A stretch of 64,000 nucleotides of DNA from the IMG/VR virus record IMGVR_UViG_3300020122_000238, positions 124,001 to 188,000 of that record. One strand, given 5' to 3'. The notes under the pieces were generated by a model, which saw only the letters and a list, made by a program, of their open reading frames with translations, was not told the origin of the DNA and ran no database searches. The stretch's first letter is position 1, and each line of letters starts with the position of its first letter. A program made the translations under genes and the position numbers. This document shows, in pieces, positions 1 through 11,134 of this stretch.

Positions 1-2
1 CC

Positions 3-785
3 TACAGCAAAGCGTACTACCAGGATCACAAGGGCGTGATCAACGACCGTATGGTGGCCATCAACCGTCGCCGCCGTCACGATCGCTACGAGGAGATCCA
101 GAAGCTCAAGGCCATGCCATGCACCGATTGTGAGCGGAGCTATGACGCCTACGTGATGGACTTCGACCACCGAGATCCGACACAGAAGACGATGGATGTG
201 TCCCTCATGGTCAAGCGGATGTTTGCTTGGAAGACTGTTCTTGCCGAGATCGTCAAATGCGACATCGTTTGCGCGTGTTGCCATCGGAAGCGGACGTACC
301 ACGGAGACAACAACTACCGCACACATCGCCATCTATTTAACATGGCGATCCTCAACGAGCTGAAGGCCACAACTCCATGCCTCGACTGTGGGGGCACTTT
401 TCTCGCTTGCCAAATGGACTTCGACCACCTCGGCGCAAAGGTCTCCAATGTCGCCCGCCTGGTTCCTGGTCCACAGGAACCGCTTCTCGCTGAGATCCGG
501 AAGTGCCACCTCGTCTGCGCCAATTGTCACCGCATTCGAGGCTTTACAGGCGTTCGTAAGGATGCCCCCGAGCACCCCGAGATGTTGATTGCTACTTTTC
601 TGGAGATCGCTGCCCGCACCCCCTACCCCCAGGATGGACGACGAGCTGACTTCCCTTGGGCTCCTCTTGTAGGGACTATGCCTGACAAGGAGATTGCCAA
701 AAATTCAGGAGTCTCGCAAGCCATGGTTGCATGGGTTCGTAGAAAGCGAAGGGTTCAACCCTTCAAGAGAGTGGCACCATGGTGA
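3..785 (+). CDS. Tandem HNH endonuclease with C-terminal HTH (probably 5'-partial)
   Basis: Two copies of CxxC...DFDH...CxxVCAxCHR; C-terminal DKEIAKNSGVSQAMVAWVRRK is HTH-like; frame is open back to the window edge. Confidence 0.8.
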   Translation, partial: YSKAYYQDHKGVINDRMVAINRRRRHDRYEEIQKLKAMPCTDCERSYDAYVMDFDHRDPTQKTMDVSLMVKRMFAWKTVLAEIVKCDIVCACCHRKRTYHGDNNYRTHRHLFNMAILNELKATTPCLDCGGTFLACQMDFDHLGAKVSNVARLVPGPQEPLLAEIRKCHLVCANCHRIRGFTGVRKDAPEHPEMLIATFLEIAARTPYPQDGRRADFPWAPLVGTMPDKEIAKNSGVSQAMVAWVRRKRRVQPFKRVAPW

Positions 786-3364
786 AGTACTTCGGAGCCG
801 CGGTGAGCGGCTATCTGGATCCGTCAGGACGCAACTTCGAGTCGACCGTGAGCCAGGCCGGGAAGCCGGTTCTCGACAAGGAGCTGAACCTCGCAGAGGA
901 CATCGCAGAGGGCTTTTCGCAAGGGCTCGCTCAGCGCATGCCTTCGGGCTGGCTTGCGGATGACTTTTTGGGGACGAGTAGCGCCTCCTCGGGCATCTTC
1001 ACGGCGAGCGTGGTCGCCAACCAGCTCGCGATGCCCAACAACCTCGTTGCACAGGTCAACGGCTGGACGTTCCTCATCGCCCATACCAACGCGAACGGGT
1101 CCAACAAGCTAGATATGGGAGCGGCTCCCGCTGGAGCTGGGGCCAACCGAACGGATCTCGTTGTCCTGGAAGTCTGGAGGGCTCTCATCTCGGCCTCCCC
1201 CAACGCAACGAACAAGAGCCCCGCGGGTCGCATCTGGAAAAACGGCAACGTCAAGGTCACCTCTGGCAACGACTTGGCGTTGAACTACGCCGACGACATT
1301 TTGGACGTCAACGTGGGGTTGGAGACCACCAAGAGGGTTCAGCTACAATACCGGCTGAGGGTCCTTCATGGGGTCGACCTTTTCGCAACCCCCTACGGGC
1401 TCGATGACCCGACTGTGGTCGCGAATTCAATCCCGACCAACGCGGCCACTCCGGATGGAGTGGCCACACTTTTCGCCTACGACAACCAATCACCGAGTGG
1501 CGACCCTGGTCTTTGGCTCGCCGGGGATGGGGACCCCACGAACACCTTGGGAACTGTGGATGGGTACATGTACGCCATCCCTCTCCTTGCGGTGTTCCGG
1601 CGGAACACCACGGCGTTTGCACGCAACACGAACCACAACGGAGGGGTCGCGAGCCCGGGGCCGAGTGATCGTCCGGATGGGCTTTTCCACGACATCTTTG
1701 CTGCAAAGGATGTCGCTGATCTCCGGCATGCTGTGAGTCCTTCAGGCTGGGACTACCGCGAACTCCTGGAGAAGAGCTTCAATGCGCTCCTCGATAACTC
1801 GATTCAGACGGATTGGACGTCGACCGTGATTGGTGGTGGATCCAATGGGCACACGGTCCTCTGGGCTGACTCGATTGGTATCTCGAACGCCAACGGCGGA
1901 GATGGGACAACGACTGGGTCGACACCTGGAGCAGCTTTCATTGGGGAGTTCGATGCTGCTCGGAGGTCGTTCTCGGATCGTGTGATCTACGAGATCATCA
2001 CGGTTGCTGTGCCGGCTCCTGGTGGGGGGTGGGTTGATGGCTCAGTGGTCACGATCGACCCTACTGCCTTGGCAATCTACCCGTACCCCGCCTTCAACTG
2101 GGCGTCTTACAACCCTGCCTCCGTGTCCTTCGTGGACTACCTGGGTGCCCAATGGATTGGGGATGGCAGCGGGAAGGTGACTCGGGATGCCATCAACGGG
2201 GTTTATTTCGTGACAGGGCTCGGTGAGGTTCCTGTGAACACCATTACGATCACGATGGGGATCCTCTTCGGGTTCGGTTTGACGAACGAGACGCTGTACG
2301 TGGATCTCTTGGTGGCCTACCCGGCTGGGATTGGTCTCTCGAAGACGCCGACCACATCGTTTGGGGCGGCTTCCTTTGAGGTGAACAACCCTCTGGCTCT
2401 ACCGGCCCCCTCCCCCATTTCGTTTTCGGCTCTGGCGTCAACGAATGCCATCGATGCCCCCCATCGCGAGGTGCGGCTCCAGTACAACACGTCAACGATC
2501 ACGCTGACGATGGACGCGGACACGACTCAAATCGCTACGCGCTACCGACTTCCGGAACGGGCAGAGAGCATCGTTTCTGTGCTCAAGAATGGGTCCCCGA
2601 TCTCGGGGACGACATCGCTGCACTTCAGCGGGCGCTACTTCGATTTCACAACCGAGTCAACGACCCCTGGGGATGTGCTCGACATCTCCTACGTGGCTAT
2701 TCGACCGCTCCCTCAGAACGGGGAGCAGTTGACGGTCTACTACGAAGCGCGGGCCCCTCAAACGGCTCGGTCCGAGCTGCTCGGGATGACCCTGACTTTG
2801 ACCCCGAGGCTTGTCGGTGAGTCCCTCTTCGCTTTCTCCACGGGGAGCGGGTCTCAGGATGAGGGTTATCCTTTCCCCTTCGCCTACGTCCAGGTGGGAG
2901 GCATCTACCCGACGGACGGCGGTTCCTTCAATGGGGACCATGAGCTGACGGGCTCGAAGCAACTCTCGGTGATGAACTTCAACGCCTCGACGGGCTTCCT
3001 CAAGTTGCCGCTGTACGTGCCTTTCGTCCCGAGCCCGGAAGCCATGACCTTCGACCGTGATCTTGTGGACACTGATATCGAGGGGCGTAGTTTCTTCAAG
3101 TCCGTGCCTGGAGGGTATACCCCCAACGCCTACGCGCAGAGCTTGTCTGATGCAAAAACGCACCGAGATGTTCTCCCGGTGCTCGCGGAGCTTTCCTCGG
3201 ATTCACCGTTGGGCTTCCGTGGTCAACTCGTTCTCGTGATGCTCGTCCGGAATGCTCCGCTCGACGATGGGAATTGGGTGGCTTTTGACTCCAATCTCTC
3301 TCTGAATACGACGACAGCAGGTGTAGTCCGCATCAAGGGCAACCCGCTCTCTCGGAGGTTCTGA
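779..3364 (+). CDS. Virion structural protein (tail/baseplate-like), paralogue of 6139..10449
   Basis: 861 aa, Gly/Thr/Ser-rich; shares GKPxxDxxLN, ETTxRVQLQYRxRV, GLWxAGDG, DGYxYAIP and RPDGLF blocks with 6139..10449. Confidence 0.65.
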   Translation: MVKYFGAAVSGYLDPSGRNFESTVSQAGKPVLDKELNLAEDIAEGFSQGLAQRMPSGWLADDFLGTSSASSGIFTASVVANQLAMPNNLVAQVNGWTFLIAHTNANGSNKLDMGAAPAGAGANRTDLVVLEVWRALISASPNATNKSPAGRIWKNGNVKVTSGNDLALNYADDILDVNVGLETTKRVQLQYRLRVLHGVDLFATPYGLDDPTVVANSIPTNAATPDGVATLFAYDNQSPSGDPGLWLAGDGDPTNTLGTVDGYMYAIPLLAVFRRNTTAFARNTNHNGGVASPGPSDRPDGLFHDIFAAKDVADLRHAVSPSGWDYRELLEKSFNALLDNSIQTDWTSTVIGGGSNGHTVLWADSIGISNANGGDGTTTGSTPGAAFIGEFDAARRSFSDRVIYEIITVAVPAPGGGWVDGSVVTIDPTALAIYPYPAFNWASYNPASVSFVDYLGAQWIGDGSGKVTRDAINGVYFVTGLGEVPVNTITITMGILFGFGLTNETLYVDLLVAYPAGIGLSKTPTTSFGAASFEVNNPLALPAPSPISFSALASTNAIDAPHREVRLQYNTSTITLTMDADTTQIATRYRLPERAESIVSVLKNGSPISGTTSLHFSGRYFDFTTESTTPGDVLDISYVAIRPLPQNGEQLTVYYEARAPQTARSELLGMTLTLTPRLVGESLFAFSTGSGSQDEGYPFPFAYVQVGGIYPTDGGSFNGDHELTGSKQLSVMNFNASTGFLKLPLYVPFVPSPEAMTFDRDLVDTDIEGRSFFKSVPGGYTPNAYAQSLSDAKTHRDVLPVLAELSSDSPLGFRGQLVLVMLVRNAPLDDGNWVAFDSNLSLNTTTAGVVRIKGNPLSRRF

Positions 3365-5502
3365 TGCCCAGCTCGAAGAATCCGATCACCGTCGTCGTCC
3401 CCGGCCCCGGTAAGCTCCCGGCGAACGTGGCCAATGCTTCGGCGTTGCTCTTTCCGGCTGGCGGGGCGTCAGGGGTGAGCATCTCCAGCCACATCACGGA
3501 TCCGACCGACGCGCACATGTCGTCCGCGATCGGAGTGGCGGCAACCGACCCGGTGACTTCCGAACCTCTTCTGGAGAGTGCTGGCGGGATCATTCGCGGA
3601 GAGAGCGTCTTTGACTTCATCCGGCAGTTTAAAGACCTCGCTCCGATTCCCCCCAACACCCTGGGGTCGGACGACCCTACGACCCCAAACTCGGGGGCCC
3701 CTTACTGGGGGGATCCTATTTCTCTCACGGGTGTCAACGGGGCATGGTCTCAAGACTCGACACATGGTCGAGTGACTCGTTCCTTGATGCCTGCCTTCGG
3801 GGTGACGAACACCATCACGGGGTTTCTCTATCCCGCAGATCGTGGAGTGCTCGCGATCTACAAGACGACGGCCACGAACTTCTTTGACAGTGCCAACACG
3901 ACACTGGTCGGGGCTCTCTGGTTGGGGGGGTCTACGTCCCCTGCGTACAGCGTGCCCTACGCAGGCTTTGATGAGGCTCTTCGTGCCGTGGGGCAAGCGG
4001 ACTACAGCCCCAGCCAGTCGGGTATCGACACGATCACGCTGCAATATCGCGGCCCGCAGAGCACGAACAGCATGGGGGGTAACTATTCACCATACCCCCA
4101 AAACTTCTCTGCGTACCAGATCGCTGAGTACAGATACTCCTTCAACATTGCTTCGGGGGACAATGGAAGCTACCTCCTGATTCATTGGAAGGAGTCCTAC
4201 GCGACTACCCTTGCGTCCATTCAGCCGGCTGGGTTGACGTCGTTGACGTTCGTCGAGGCCAACTGTTATTCGGCGACTCCGTCGTCCTCCTTCTTCGAGA
4301 ACGTCATTCGGACGAGTATCTACGCTGATGCGACGGCAACTCTCCCGACAAGTGTGTCTCTCACCACGGCACCCGCGGGTACAGTGACAACTGCGCTGAC
4401 TTCCGGCGTGCCTTACTACAACAGCTCGAACCTCGCATTCACGATCACAGGGATCGCCAACAATTTGTTCGCGAACTCCTACTACACGAATACCAATGTA
4501 ACCTTGGCGGTGCCCCAAGGTTATACCTCGACCACTACGCCGATTGCGATCGACTGGTCAGATTTTGGGGGTCCCGTTCATGCGTTCGACCTTTTTGCGT
4601 CGCCCTCCTACATCTTCAATAACGCGACTTCTTCGTCCTTTTCCAATGGGAATCCCCCGATGCCTGGCACGGTCGTGAAGTTCAACGGCGTTGCACTTCA
4701 GGTCCTTGGGTCGAGTCCACAATGGCCACACGCCGTGATCCGCCTTCAATACCAGGCAGCATTTCGGTCTCCCTTGGTGGTGCAAAGCACGGAGAAGTAC
4801 ATGTACAACTCCCTGTCCTTGCCCGCGTCAACGAACACGCTTGAGCTTTTCAGCGACGAAGTCTATCGCCATGTGGGTTCATTCACGGCGGCATCGTCCA
4901 CCACCCCCATCATCCCGGTGGGCGGGAACAAGTACACCTCTGCCACTGTGATCACGTCCAACAACGGTGAACTCCAGTGCAGTCTTGGGTACTTGACGTA
5001 CCCTAGCGTCAACTACACGTCAGGGTACTTCCCGGCGACGGGTCCGGATTACGCGGCTGTCTTCTCTGGTGATTCTTCTACCCATATCCGCCGGTACATC
5101 CGTGCCTTCGATACGGGATTTCCGACCAGCACCGGCAAGCTCAGGCTACGGGGGTTGAACCCAGCCGACTTTGCTTCTGGGGGTGTCGCGTATACCGGAG
5201 CTGAGGTCGCCGACCACCCCGGAGGTGCCATCGTTCAGGTTAAGGTTCCTGGGGTCACGGGATGGCTGGACGTGGGGCGAGCCAAGGGAGATCCCGACCT
5301 CACCACGGTGGACTTCCATGGGTGCCGTACCCGGCTCACCATCTCCCCTACGATTGTGGAGAATGTGTATGTGGAGTATGACACGACCCTCCCCACCGTG
5401 AACAATGGGAGCGGGCGCTACCTGATCTTCGTTCGAGTGAGCTACATCAAGAGCACGGGAAACGTGCGAGTTCTGTCTGAACTCGAATGGACAGCGGAAT
5501 GA
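3364..5502 (+). CDS. Putative virion structural protein
   Basis: 712 aa, Ser/Thr/Tyr-rich, translationally coupled (TGATG) inside the structural operon. Confidence 0.55.
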   Translation: MPSSKNPITVVVPGPGKLPANVANASALLFPAGGASGVSISSHITDPTDAHMSSAIGVAATDPVTSEPLLESAGGIIRGESVFDFIRQFKDLAPIPPNTLGSDDPTTPNSGAPYWGDPISLTGVNGAWSQDSTHGRVTRSLMPAFGVTNTITGFLYPADRGVLAIYKTTATNFFDSANTTLVGALWLGGSTSPAYSVPYAGFDEALRAVGQADYSPSQSGIDTITLQYRGPQSTNSMGGNYSPYPQNFSAYQIAEYRYSFNIASGDNGSYLLIHWKESYATTLASIQPAGLTSLTFVEANCYSATPSSSFFENVIRTSIYADATATLPTSVSLTTAPAGTVTTALTSGVPYYNSSNLAFTITGIANNLFANSYYTNTNVTLAVPQGYTSTTTPIAIDWSDFGGPVHAFDLFASPSYIFNNATSSSFSNGNPPMPGTVVKFNGVALQVLGSSPQWPHAVIRLQYQAAFRSPLVVQSTEKYMYNSLSLPASTNTLELFSDEVYRHVGSFTAASSTTPIIPVGGNKYTSATVITSNNGELQCSLGYLTYPSVNYTSGYFPATGPDYAAVFSGDSSTHIRRYIRAFDTGFPTSTGKLRLRGLNPADFASGGVAYTGAEVADHPGGAIVQVKVPGVTGWLDVGRAKGDPDLTTVDFHGCRTRLTISPTIVENVYVEYDTTLPTVNNGSGRYLIFVRVSYIKSTGNVRVLSELEWTAE

Positions 5503-6116
5503 GCACCCACTACTTCATCGACTACTTCGGGTCCACTTCGTACGCTCGGGTTCAGGATGTCCGTACCACGATCTCTGGGCAGAGTGTGGCAACGGGCTCG
5601 ATGGTGATCCGAGTCCCGGACTCGATTCCTATCGCCTACTCTGGGTACGCCTATGATGTGCTGAGCCAGAAGCACACGGGACAACTGGCTCAATACCCGG
5701 GGTACACCAACATCGTGTACGACGATCTCCTCGATACCTCCGGGATCGATCTTGGGAGTTCGAGGTGGCTCTATACTGGGAAACGAGGAGCTGTGTCTCT
5801 CCGTGACAGCTCCTCGTTCTTCCGAACCCTGCCTGTGGTTCTGAACAGCACGCCGACCCAAGCGATCTTCGCTTGGGAGGCGTTTGGGTACGACCTTCTC
5901 GACTTCGCTTCGGAGAACTTGGTCTTGACCTATAGTGAGGCGAATCCTGGGCTCTTCTCGGCTCTGGTGAGCTTCGATGGGGGGGCCACGTATATCAGTG
6001 TGAATGACGGCACCCCCTTCCAGATTCCAGTGGGCCAACAGGGGTCTACCTTCGTGATCCAAATCTCGGGCTATAGCTCCAGGCTCAACCTGGGGGCTTG
6101 GTCGCTAGTGTATTGA
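5499..6116 (+). CDS. Putative virion structural protein
   Basis: ATGA overlap with upstream gene; beta-rich with VSFDGGATY Asp-box-like turn. Confidence 0.5.
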   Translation: MSTHYFIDYFGSTSYARVQDVRTTISGQSVATGSMVIRVPDSIPIAYSGYAYDVLSQKHTGQLAQYPGYTNIVYDDLLDTSGIDLGSSRWLYTGKRGAVSLRDSSSFFRTLPVVLNSTPTQAIFAWEAFGYDLLDFASENLVLTYSEANPGLFSALVSFDGGATYISVNDGTPFQIPVGQQGSTFVIQISGYSSRLNLGAWSLVY

Positions 6117-6138
6117 TTCGATCCCCCAATAGATCCAC

Positions 6139-9100
6139 ATGACAAATCTCGGCAGCGGCGTTTCTCGGGTTCTGGACCCCACTGGAACTTCCTACACAGA
6201 GGTGATCTGGCAACAGGGAAAGCCCCCGATGGATGCCGATCTGAACCTCCTCCAGGAGCTTTCGCAGAACTTCTGTCGGCAGATCGTCATGCGTGGCACG
6301 CCGAGTGGGTGGCTCAGCAATGAGACCAACGCGACGGAAGACTACGTGACCAACTCGATCTGGTCGAACTGGTTCCAGTTCGGTCGGCAGAGGACGGGGG
6401 AGAAAGCGGCCATCGAGTGGGCAGCCGTCAACGGTTGGCTTGTGCCGGTCATGGGTACGAAGACGGGGACGCCGCCGGGCAATCCGGACGATGTCAACAC
6501 CTGGAATGTCATCGCCCTGGATCCGCCTCCCTCGAACTCGGGGGACTTCCGGATCGACTACGTCTTCATGGAGGTGTGGCAGGCTCGGATCCCGACCAAC
6601 CCATCGACGCTCAACAAGCCCGCTGCAAACTCGGTCTACCGCTACGGCAACGTGGAAGGTGGGTTCACTTTCCTCACGGACGACCTCATCGACCCGGCTC
6701 TCGGGTTCGAGACCACGCAGCGTGTCCAGCTCCAGTACCGGATCCGGGTGGTCAAGGGGCTCGTGGGGCTCACGAGCTACCCGTCGGGATTCGATCCTGT
6801 GGTCGTGAAGGCGCAGGGCGGAGCGACGACGCCTTCGAGCTATGTCTTCACGAACATGCGGAAGGACCTCGGGGATGCAGGTTTGTGGCGAGCTGGCGAT
6901 GGGGTGCCCTCCAATGCCTTCGGGACGACTGACGGCTATGTGTACGCGATCCCCATCGCGTCGATCTTCCGTCGCAACTCGGTCGCCTGGAACGGGGACC
7001 CGGCACAGAACCTCAATGGAGCCTTCAACCGCAACACGACGGCGGTTGATCGGACGGGGATCAGGACCTTCTCGACGACGGCCACGCTGGCGTTGGACCT
7101 CTCGGCTTCGGCCGTCTCGATCCAGCTCGTGTCCTCCTCGAACATCCCCCTGCCTCTCGCTCCGACGCTCCCTGTTCTCATTCAGATTGGGGACGAGATT
7201 CTCACCTACTCTTCTGTCTCGGGATCTCCTCCGATTCTGGGGGGCCTGACTCGGGGTGTGAACGGTTCGCGAGCGGAGACCCACAAGGCTGGGACCGTCG
7301 TCACCATTCTATCGGGACGCCCCGATGGGCTTTTCTCCGATCAGATCGCCGCGACGGACATCCTGGACCTCCGGCATATTGTGAACCCTAACGGGTTCAA
7401 CTACGACGTCCTTCTCAGAATGAACCTGGACAAGATGCTCCGGGGTCAGATGAGGGCGAACTGGAAGCGTTCTGGAGCTGGGCCGCAAGGTCCTTTCGTC
7501 TTCTACCAGGACAAGATCGTCAACGGGTCATCTGCACTTGGGGTCACCAAGCTTGATGGGCCGGACAACATTCGAACGGTTTTCTCGGATGCTGCTGTCA
7601 CACAAGCCGTCGAGCTTGTGGTGAAGGCGAACTCCGTTTCTTTGCCGGCAGCAGTGAACGTTGCATGGTCCTTGACCATGAACGCGAACCACGTCACGCG
7701 TTCGGTTACGAATACCTTCAGCCCACTCGATGTCATCTCGATCCCGGTAGCCCAGCTCAAGGCGGGGCTACCGGGAGGAGATTCTGATCAGATCCGATGG
7801 CTCACTGATTTCGAGGGGAATGCGGTTGTTCTTCGGATTGATGGGGAGTTGAATCCGATCCACGCGAGTCATTTCACGGTGACTCCGGCATCCCCGACTC
7901 CGACGGATGACTTGGTCATCACGCTTGCGTCAAGCTTCCCCTCGACGACCAAACAGATATACATTACGGCGCACGTTCAATACGGCCCGGGACGAGGACT
8001 GGCTCGCCGGCCGGATGCTTTGCACTCGCTGGCTTTCATCAATCCGAGCACGGAGCTGCTCCTTCAGACAGCCGCAGTCCCTCTGGCCAACCAGACGCTC
8101 CGGACTTCATGGCTTGCACTTTGGAGCAAGTTCCGTGGAGCGACCTACCAGGGTCTTCTCCCTGTCACGGCGGAAGCCTATGCCGACCTCGGAAGCAAGA
8201 CGGTGGCGATCACCCCCTTCCGTCGCATTGATTGGCCGGATGAGTTCCGGACGATGGATGGTACAGGAGCGAACCCGAACGCCACAACGTTCGTTACCAG
8301 CGTCAATGGTGCTAGCTCTGGCACCACGACATTGACCGACACTCTGGTCAATTTCACATCGTTGGGTGTTGTCGTGGGCGATGTGGTCACCATTCCCAGT
8401 GGTGTTCGCACAGGGAAGTACTTGGTGACTCAAGTGTCTCCTGGAGGAGACACCACGAAGATCGTGCTCGATCGTGCAACTGCTTCTGGGTTCACTTTCG
8501 ATTTCACGATCTCGCATGCTCAAGGAGTAATGCCTCTCCTCAAGTCTGACGGAGTCACTGCGAAGTGGACGACGACGGATCCTCTCCAGCTCTTCTCGGG
8601 TACGACTGAATCGACGGCTGCAACGAAGAATATCTACGTCACGATGCCCCGACACATGGTGCCTGGATGGGGAGCGTTTTACGTCCCTGTTCTTTGGCAA
8701 GACAACGGGGTCTTCGCTGAGGGAATTGACTTCATGTTGATCAGTCGGAAAGGGGGCTCTCCTTTCGCCGACAGCGACAAGAACTACTGCCCCTACTCGA
8801 ACGGACCGTTGACGTACGCTGCCTTCTCGACGTTGAACTTCAACCCTCCGGCAATGACGGCAACCTACAACGCGGCGTTCTCTTTTGGTGGGAAGACATT
8901 TGCGGGTATGCGGTTCTACACGGATACCCGAGGTCTCGGCCGAGAAGGGCTGGAGCTGCCTCCTTTCTACGGGATCTCCAGGTTGTTTGCGGTCTACGAA
9001 GCGGACGACTACAAGCTCAACGGGTCGGCGTACGACGCTACCACGAGGAATCTCACGGGCAGCGGGGCAACGAACCTCCTTCGGCAGAACTTCGCAGGTC

Positions 9101-10449
9101 CGACCTGCTGGGTTGAGCTGGATGCCGATGGCGACTCGACGTTCATTCTCAACGCTGCGGTGATTGACCTCGCACGTTCGCCGAACACGATCGCCACCTT
9201 CGCTTCTGGCAACTACGTCATCGAGTCGAACATCTTCGGCTTTGATCGAGGCTCCTTCGACATCACGAAGGACTTCCGTTTGGTCCTGACGCGGCCGACG
9301 AGCGCGGGTCTCATGCGGAGCCAGGCAGCGGATACGGTGACACGAGCCAACAACTTGGGAGTCGTCGTCGCGGGACCTGTTGGGGTTCTCCCGGGACCTG
9401 TCACGGTCTCGGACCAGATTGTGGCCAACTACTCCCGGACGGTCTACCAGGGCGATGCTTGGGGGTCGCAGACCAGCTACACGGACATCGGGTACGCCCC
9501 GGGGCCCATTCAGTCGGGATCTGCCTTTCAGGTGGCTTCCACTTCTCTCGATGCAGCGAACCTGACGCGGCCGAATCAGAAGGTCTTTGAGGTGCTCGCG
9601 TCGATCGGCTTCACGACGACACTGGGTACGGGTCGGCTCTCGGGGGACTCCGTTTCACAGGTCATCGATCTGCGTAACGTCAGCTACGAGGACACGACAG
9701 ACTTCCCTCCCGTCACGTCCATTGCGGCTCGCCCTCCCATCTTCCCGGCGGCATTCAGCAGTGAACCCAACACGGTGAACATCGGGACGGAGTATCACGG
9801 CTGCACGGAGCGGCTGCCCCTTGGGGCTCTGTGCCGAGACAAGGACTTCCGAGGAGGCACCATCAACTCCACGACTGACATGCCCTTCGTCTATCTCCAG
9901 GACTGTGGGATGGGCTTCCTGGCAAGTCAGGGCAACGCCAAGAAGCTGGAGCAGACGGAGGTCAACGTCTCGTCCGCCTCTGTCATCACGGGAGCACCCG
10001 GAGACATGGGGGTACATGTCGATGGGGAGCAGGGGAACTACTCTCTCCTCACGAACTTCAGGACCTACCGGGGTGGAAGTCTCTACTGTGCTTCGGGGTC
10101 ACACCCTGGGGGAGAGATGGCTGTCGTGCATCCCACGGTCAGCGCCCCGTCAGGGCGGACGAACGTGATCACGGCACGGGCCTTCCTCGTGCGGAACACG
10201 GTGACTCTGGTGGGCTCGACGGAAGTCTCTGCCGGAGACGAGCTGATGATGGTGGTCGTCACGACGGCCATCCTCATCTCCGATACAAACGGTCACCCGG
10301 GGCTTGTCGTCATCGGGACGAACGGGACTGGGGAAGGGTACTCGGCGGCAGACATCTACCGCATCGAGGGACACCCTCTCGTCTCGAACAACAGCCGGTT
10401 CACCATCGACCCGTCGACCATCCCGCTCACGATTTCGCTGAAGGGTTGA
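6139..10449 (+). CDS. Large virion structural protein (tail/baseplate-like)
   Basis: 1436 aa; N-terminal ~430 aa paralogous to 779..3364; Thr/Ser/Gly-rich. Confidence 0.65.
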   Translation: MTNLGSGVSRVLDPTGTSYTEVIWQQGKPPMDADLNLLQELSQNFCRQIVMRGTPSGWLSNETNATEDYVTNSIWSNWFQFGRQRTGEKAAIEWAAVNGWLVPVMGTKTGTPPGNPDDVNTWNVIALDPPPSNSGDFRIDYVFMEVWQARIPTNPSTLNKPAANSVYRYGNVEGGFTFLTDDLIDPALGFETTQRVQLQYRIRVVKGLVGLTSYPSGFDPVVVKAQGGATTPSSYVFTNMRKDLGDAGLWRAGDGVPSNAFGTTDGYVYAIPIASIFRRNSVAWNGDPAQNLNGAFNRNTTAVDRTGIRTFSTTATLALDLSASAVSIQLVSSSNIPLPLAPTLPVLIQIGDEILTYSSVSGSPPILGGLTRGVNGSRAETHKAGTVVTILSGRPDGLFSDQIAATDILDLRHIVNPNGFNYDVLLRMNLDKMLRGQMRANWKRSGAGPQGPFVFYQDKIVNGSSALGVTKLDGPDNIRTVFSDAAVTQAVELVVKANSVSLPAAVNVAWSLTMNANHVTRSVTNTFSPLDVISIPVAQLKAGLPGGDSDQIRWLTDFEGNAVVLRIDGELNPIHASHFTVTPASPTPTDDLVITLASSFPSTTKQIYITAHVQYGPGRGLARRPDALHSLAFINPSTELLLQTAAVPLANQTLRTSWLALWSKFRGATYQGLLPVTAEAYADLGSKTVAITPFRRIDWPDEFRTMDGTGANPNATTFVTSVNGASSGTTTLTDTLVNFTSLGVVVGDVVTIPSGVRTGKYLVTQVSPGGDTTKIVLDRATASGFTFDFTISHAQGVMPLLKSDGVTAKWTTTDPLQLFSGTTESTAATKNIYVTMPRHMVPGWGAFYVPVLWQDNGVFAEGIDFMLISRKGGSPFADSDKNYCPYSNGPLTYAAFSTLNFNPPAMTATYNAAFSFGGKTFAGMRFYTDTRGLGREGLELPPFYGISRLFAVYEADDYKLNGSAYDATTRNLTGSGATNLLRQNFAGPTCWVELDADGDSTFILNAAVIDLARSPNTIATFASGNYVIESNIFGFDRGSFDITKDFRLVLTRPTSAGLMRSQAADTVTRANNLGVVVAGPVGVLPGPVTVSDQIVANYSRTVYQGDAWGSQTSYTDIGYAPGPIQSGSAFQVASTSLDAANLTRPNQKVFEVLASIGFTTTLGTGRLSGDSVSQVIDLRNVSYEDTTDFPPVTSIAARPPIFPAAFSSEPNTVNIGTEYHGCTERLPLGALCRDKDFRGGTINSTTDMPFVYLQDCGMGFLASQGNAKKLEQTEVNVSSASVITGAPGDMGVHVDGEQGNYSLLTNFRTYRGGSLYCASGSHPGGEMAVVHPTVSAPSGRTNVITARAFLVRNTVTLVGSTEVSAGDELMMVVVTTAILISDTNGHPGLVVIGTNGTGEGYSAADIYRIEGHPLVSNNSRFTIDPSTIPLTISLKG

Positions 10450-10450
10450 T

Positions 10451-10681
10451 ATGGGGATCCAGCACCTTTCGTATCACGACATCCCGCCCGAGAAGCGACG
10501 GAAGGGGGCGGAAGAAGCTCGGAGGAGGGTTCAGGCTCTCCTCTCGACGCCGCTTCTTTCCGCGGACCAGGTGAAGGCTCTCCAGGAGCAGATTCGTCGC
10601 ATCGATCAGTGGGAACGAGGGGATCTTGATCCCCTTATGCCTCTCGATAATCGAGGCGATTCCCATGAGCACACAGGTTGA
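10451..10681 (+). CDS. Hypothetical protein
   Basis: 76 aa ORF starting 1 nt after the upstream stop. Confidence 0.5.
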   Translation: MGIQHLSYHDIPPEKRRKGAEEARRRVQALLSTPLLSADQVKALQEQIRRIDQWERGDLDPLMPLDNRGDSHEHTG

Positions 10682-11129
10682 CCACCTTCTCGACGTCTAC
10701 TTCTGGCCCACTCTCTTCCTCTGTCTCGGCATCTATCTCACGACCTACTTCGTGAGGACGTCGATTGAGGGGGTCTTCCCGAAGGTGAAGACCAAACTCC
10801 TCTGGACGGAGGTGTGTCTTCCCCTTGGGCCTATCGGAATGGGGCTCCTCTTCGCGCTCATCGGGAAGTCCTTCCCGTGGCCGTCGACTGTGGAGACCTA
10901 CGGGGTCTGGGTCCGGCTCACCTACAGCGGCCTCTGTGGGATCGGGTCGGCATGGGTCTACGGACGCTTCCGGTCGACCCTCAAGGCTCTCGCCATCAAG
11001 AAGCTCCTGGCGGAGTTGGCCAAGGACCCGGAGCCGACCCTCACACCGGCCGATCCCTCTGAGGAGAAGTTCCTCGATGCGAAGCTCGCGACCACCACCC
11101 TGAGCAGCAAGACGGACAGCCTCAACTGA
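10665..11129 (+). CDS. Membrane protein, holin-like
   Basis: About three hydrophobic segments plus charged C-tail; lies after the structural genes. Confidence 0.45.
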   Translation: MSTQVDHLLDVYFWPTLFLCLGIYLTTYFVRTSIEGVFPKVKTKLLWTEVCLPLGPIGMGLLFALIGKSFPWPSTVETYGVWVRLTYSGLCGIGSAWVYGRFRSTLKALAIKKLLAELAKDPEPTLTPADPSEEKFLDAKLATTTLSSKTDSLN

Positions 11130-11134
11130 GACCC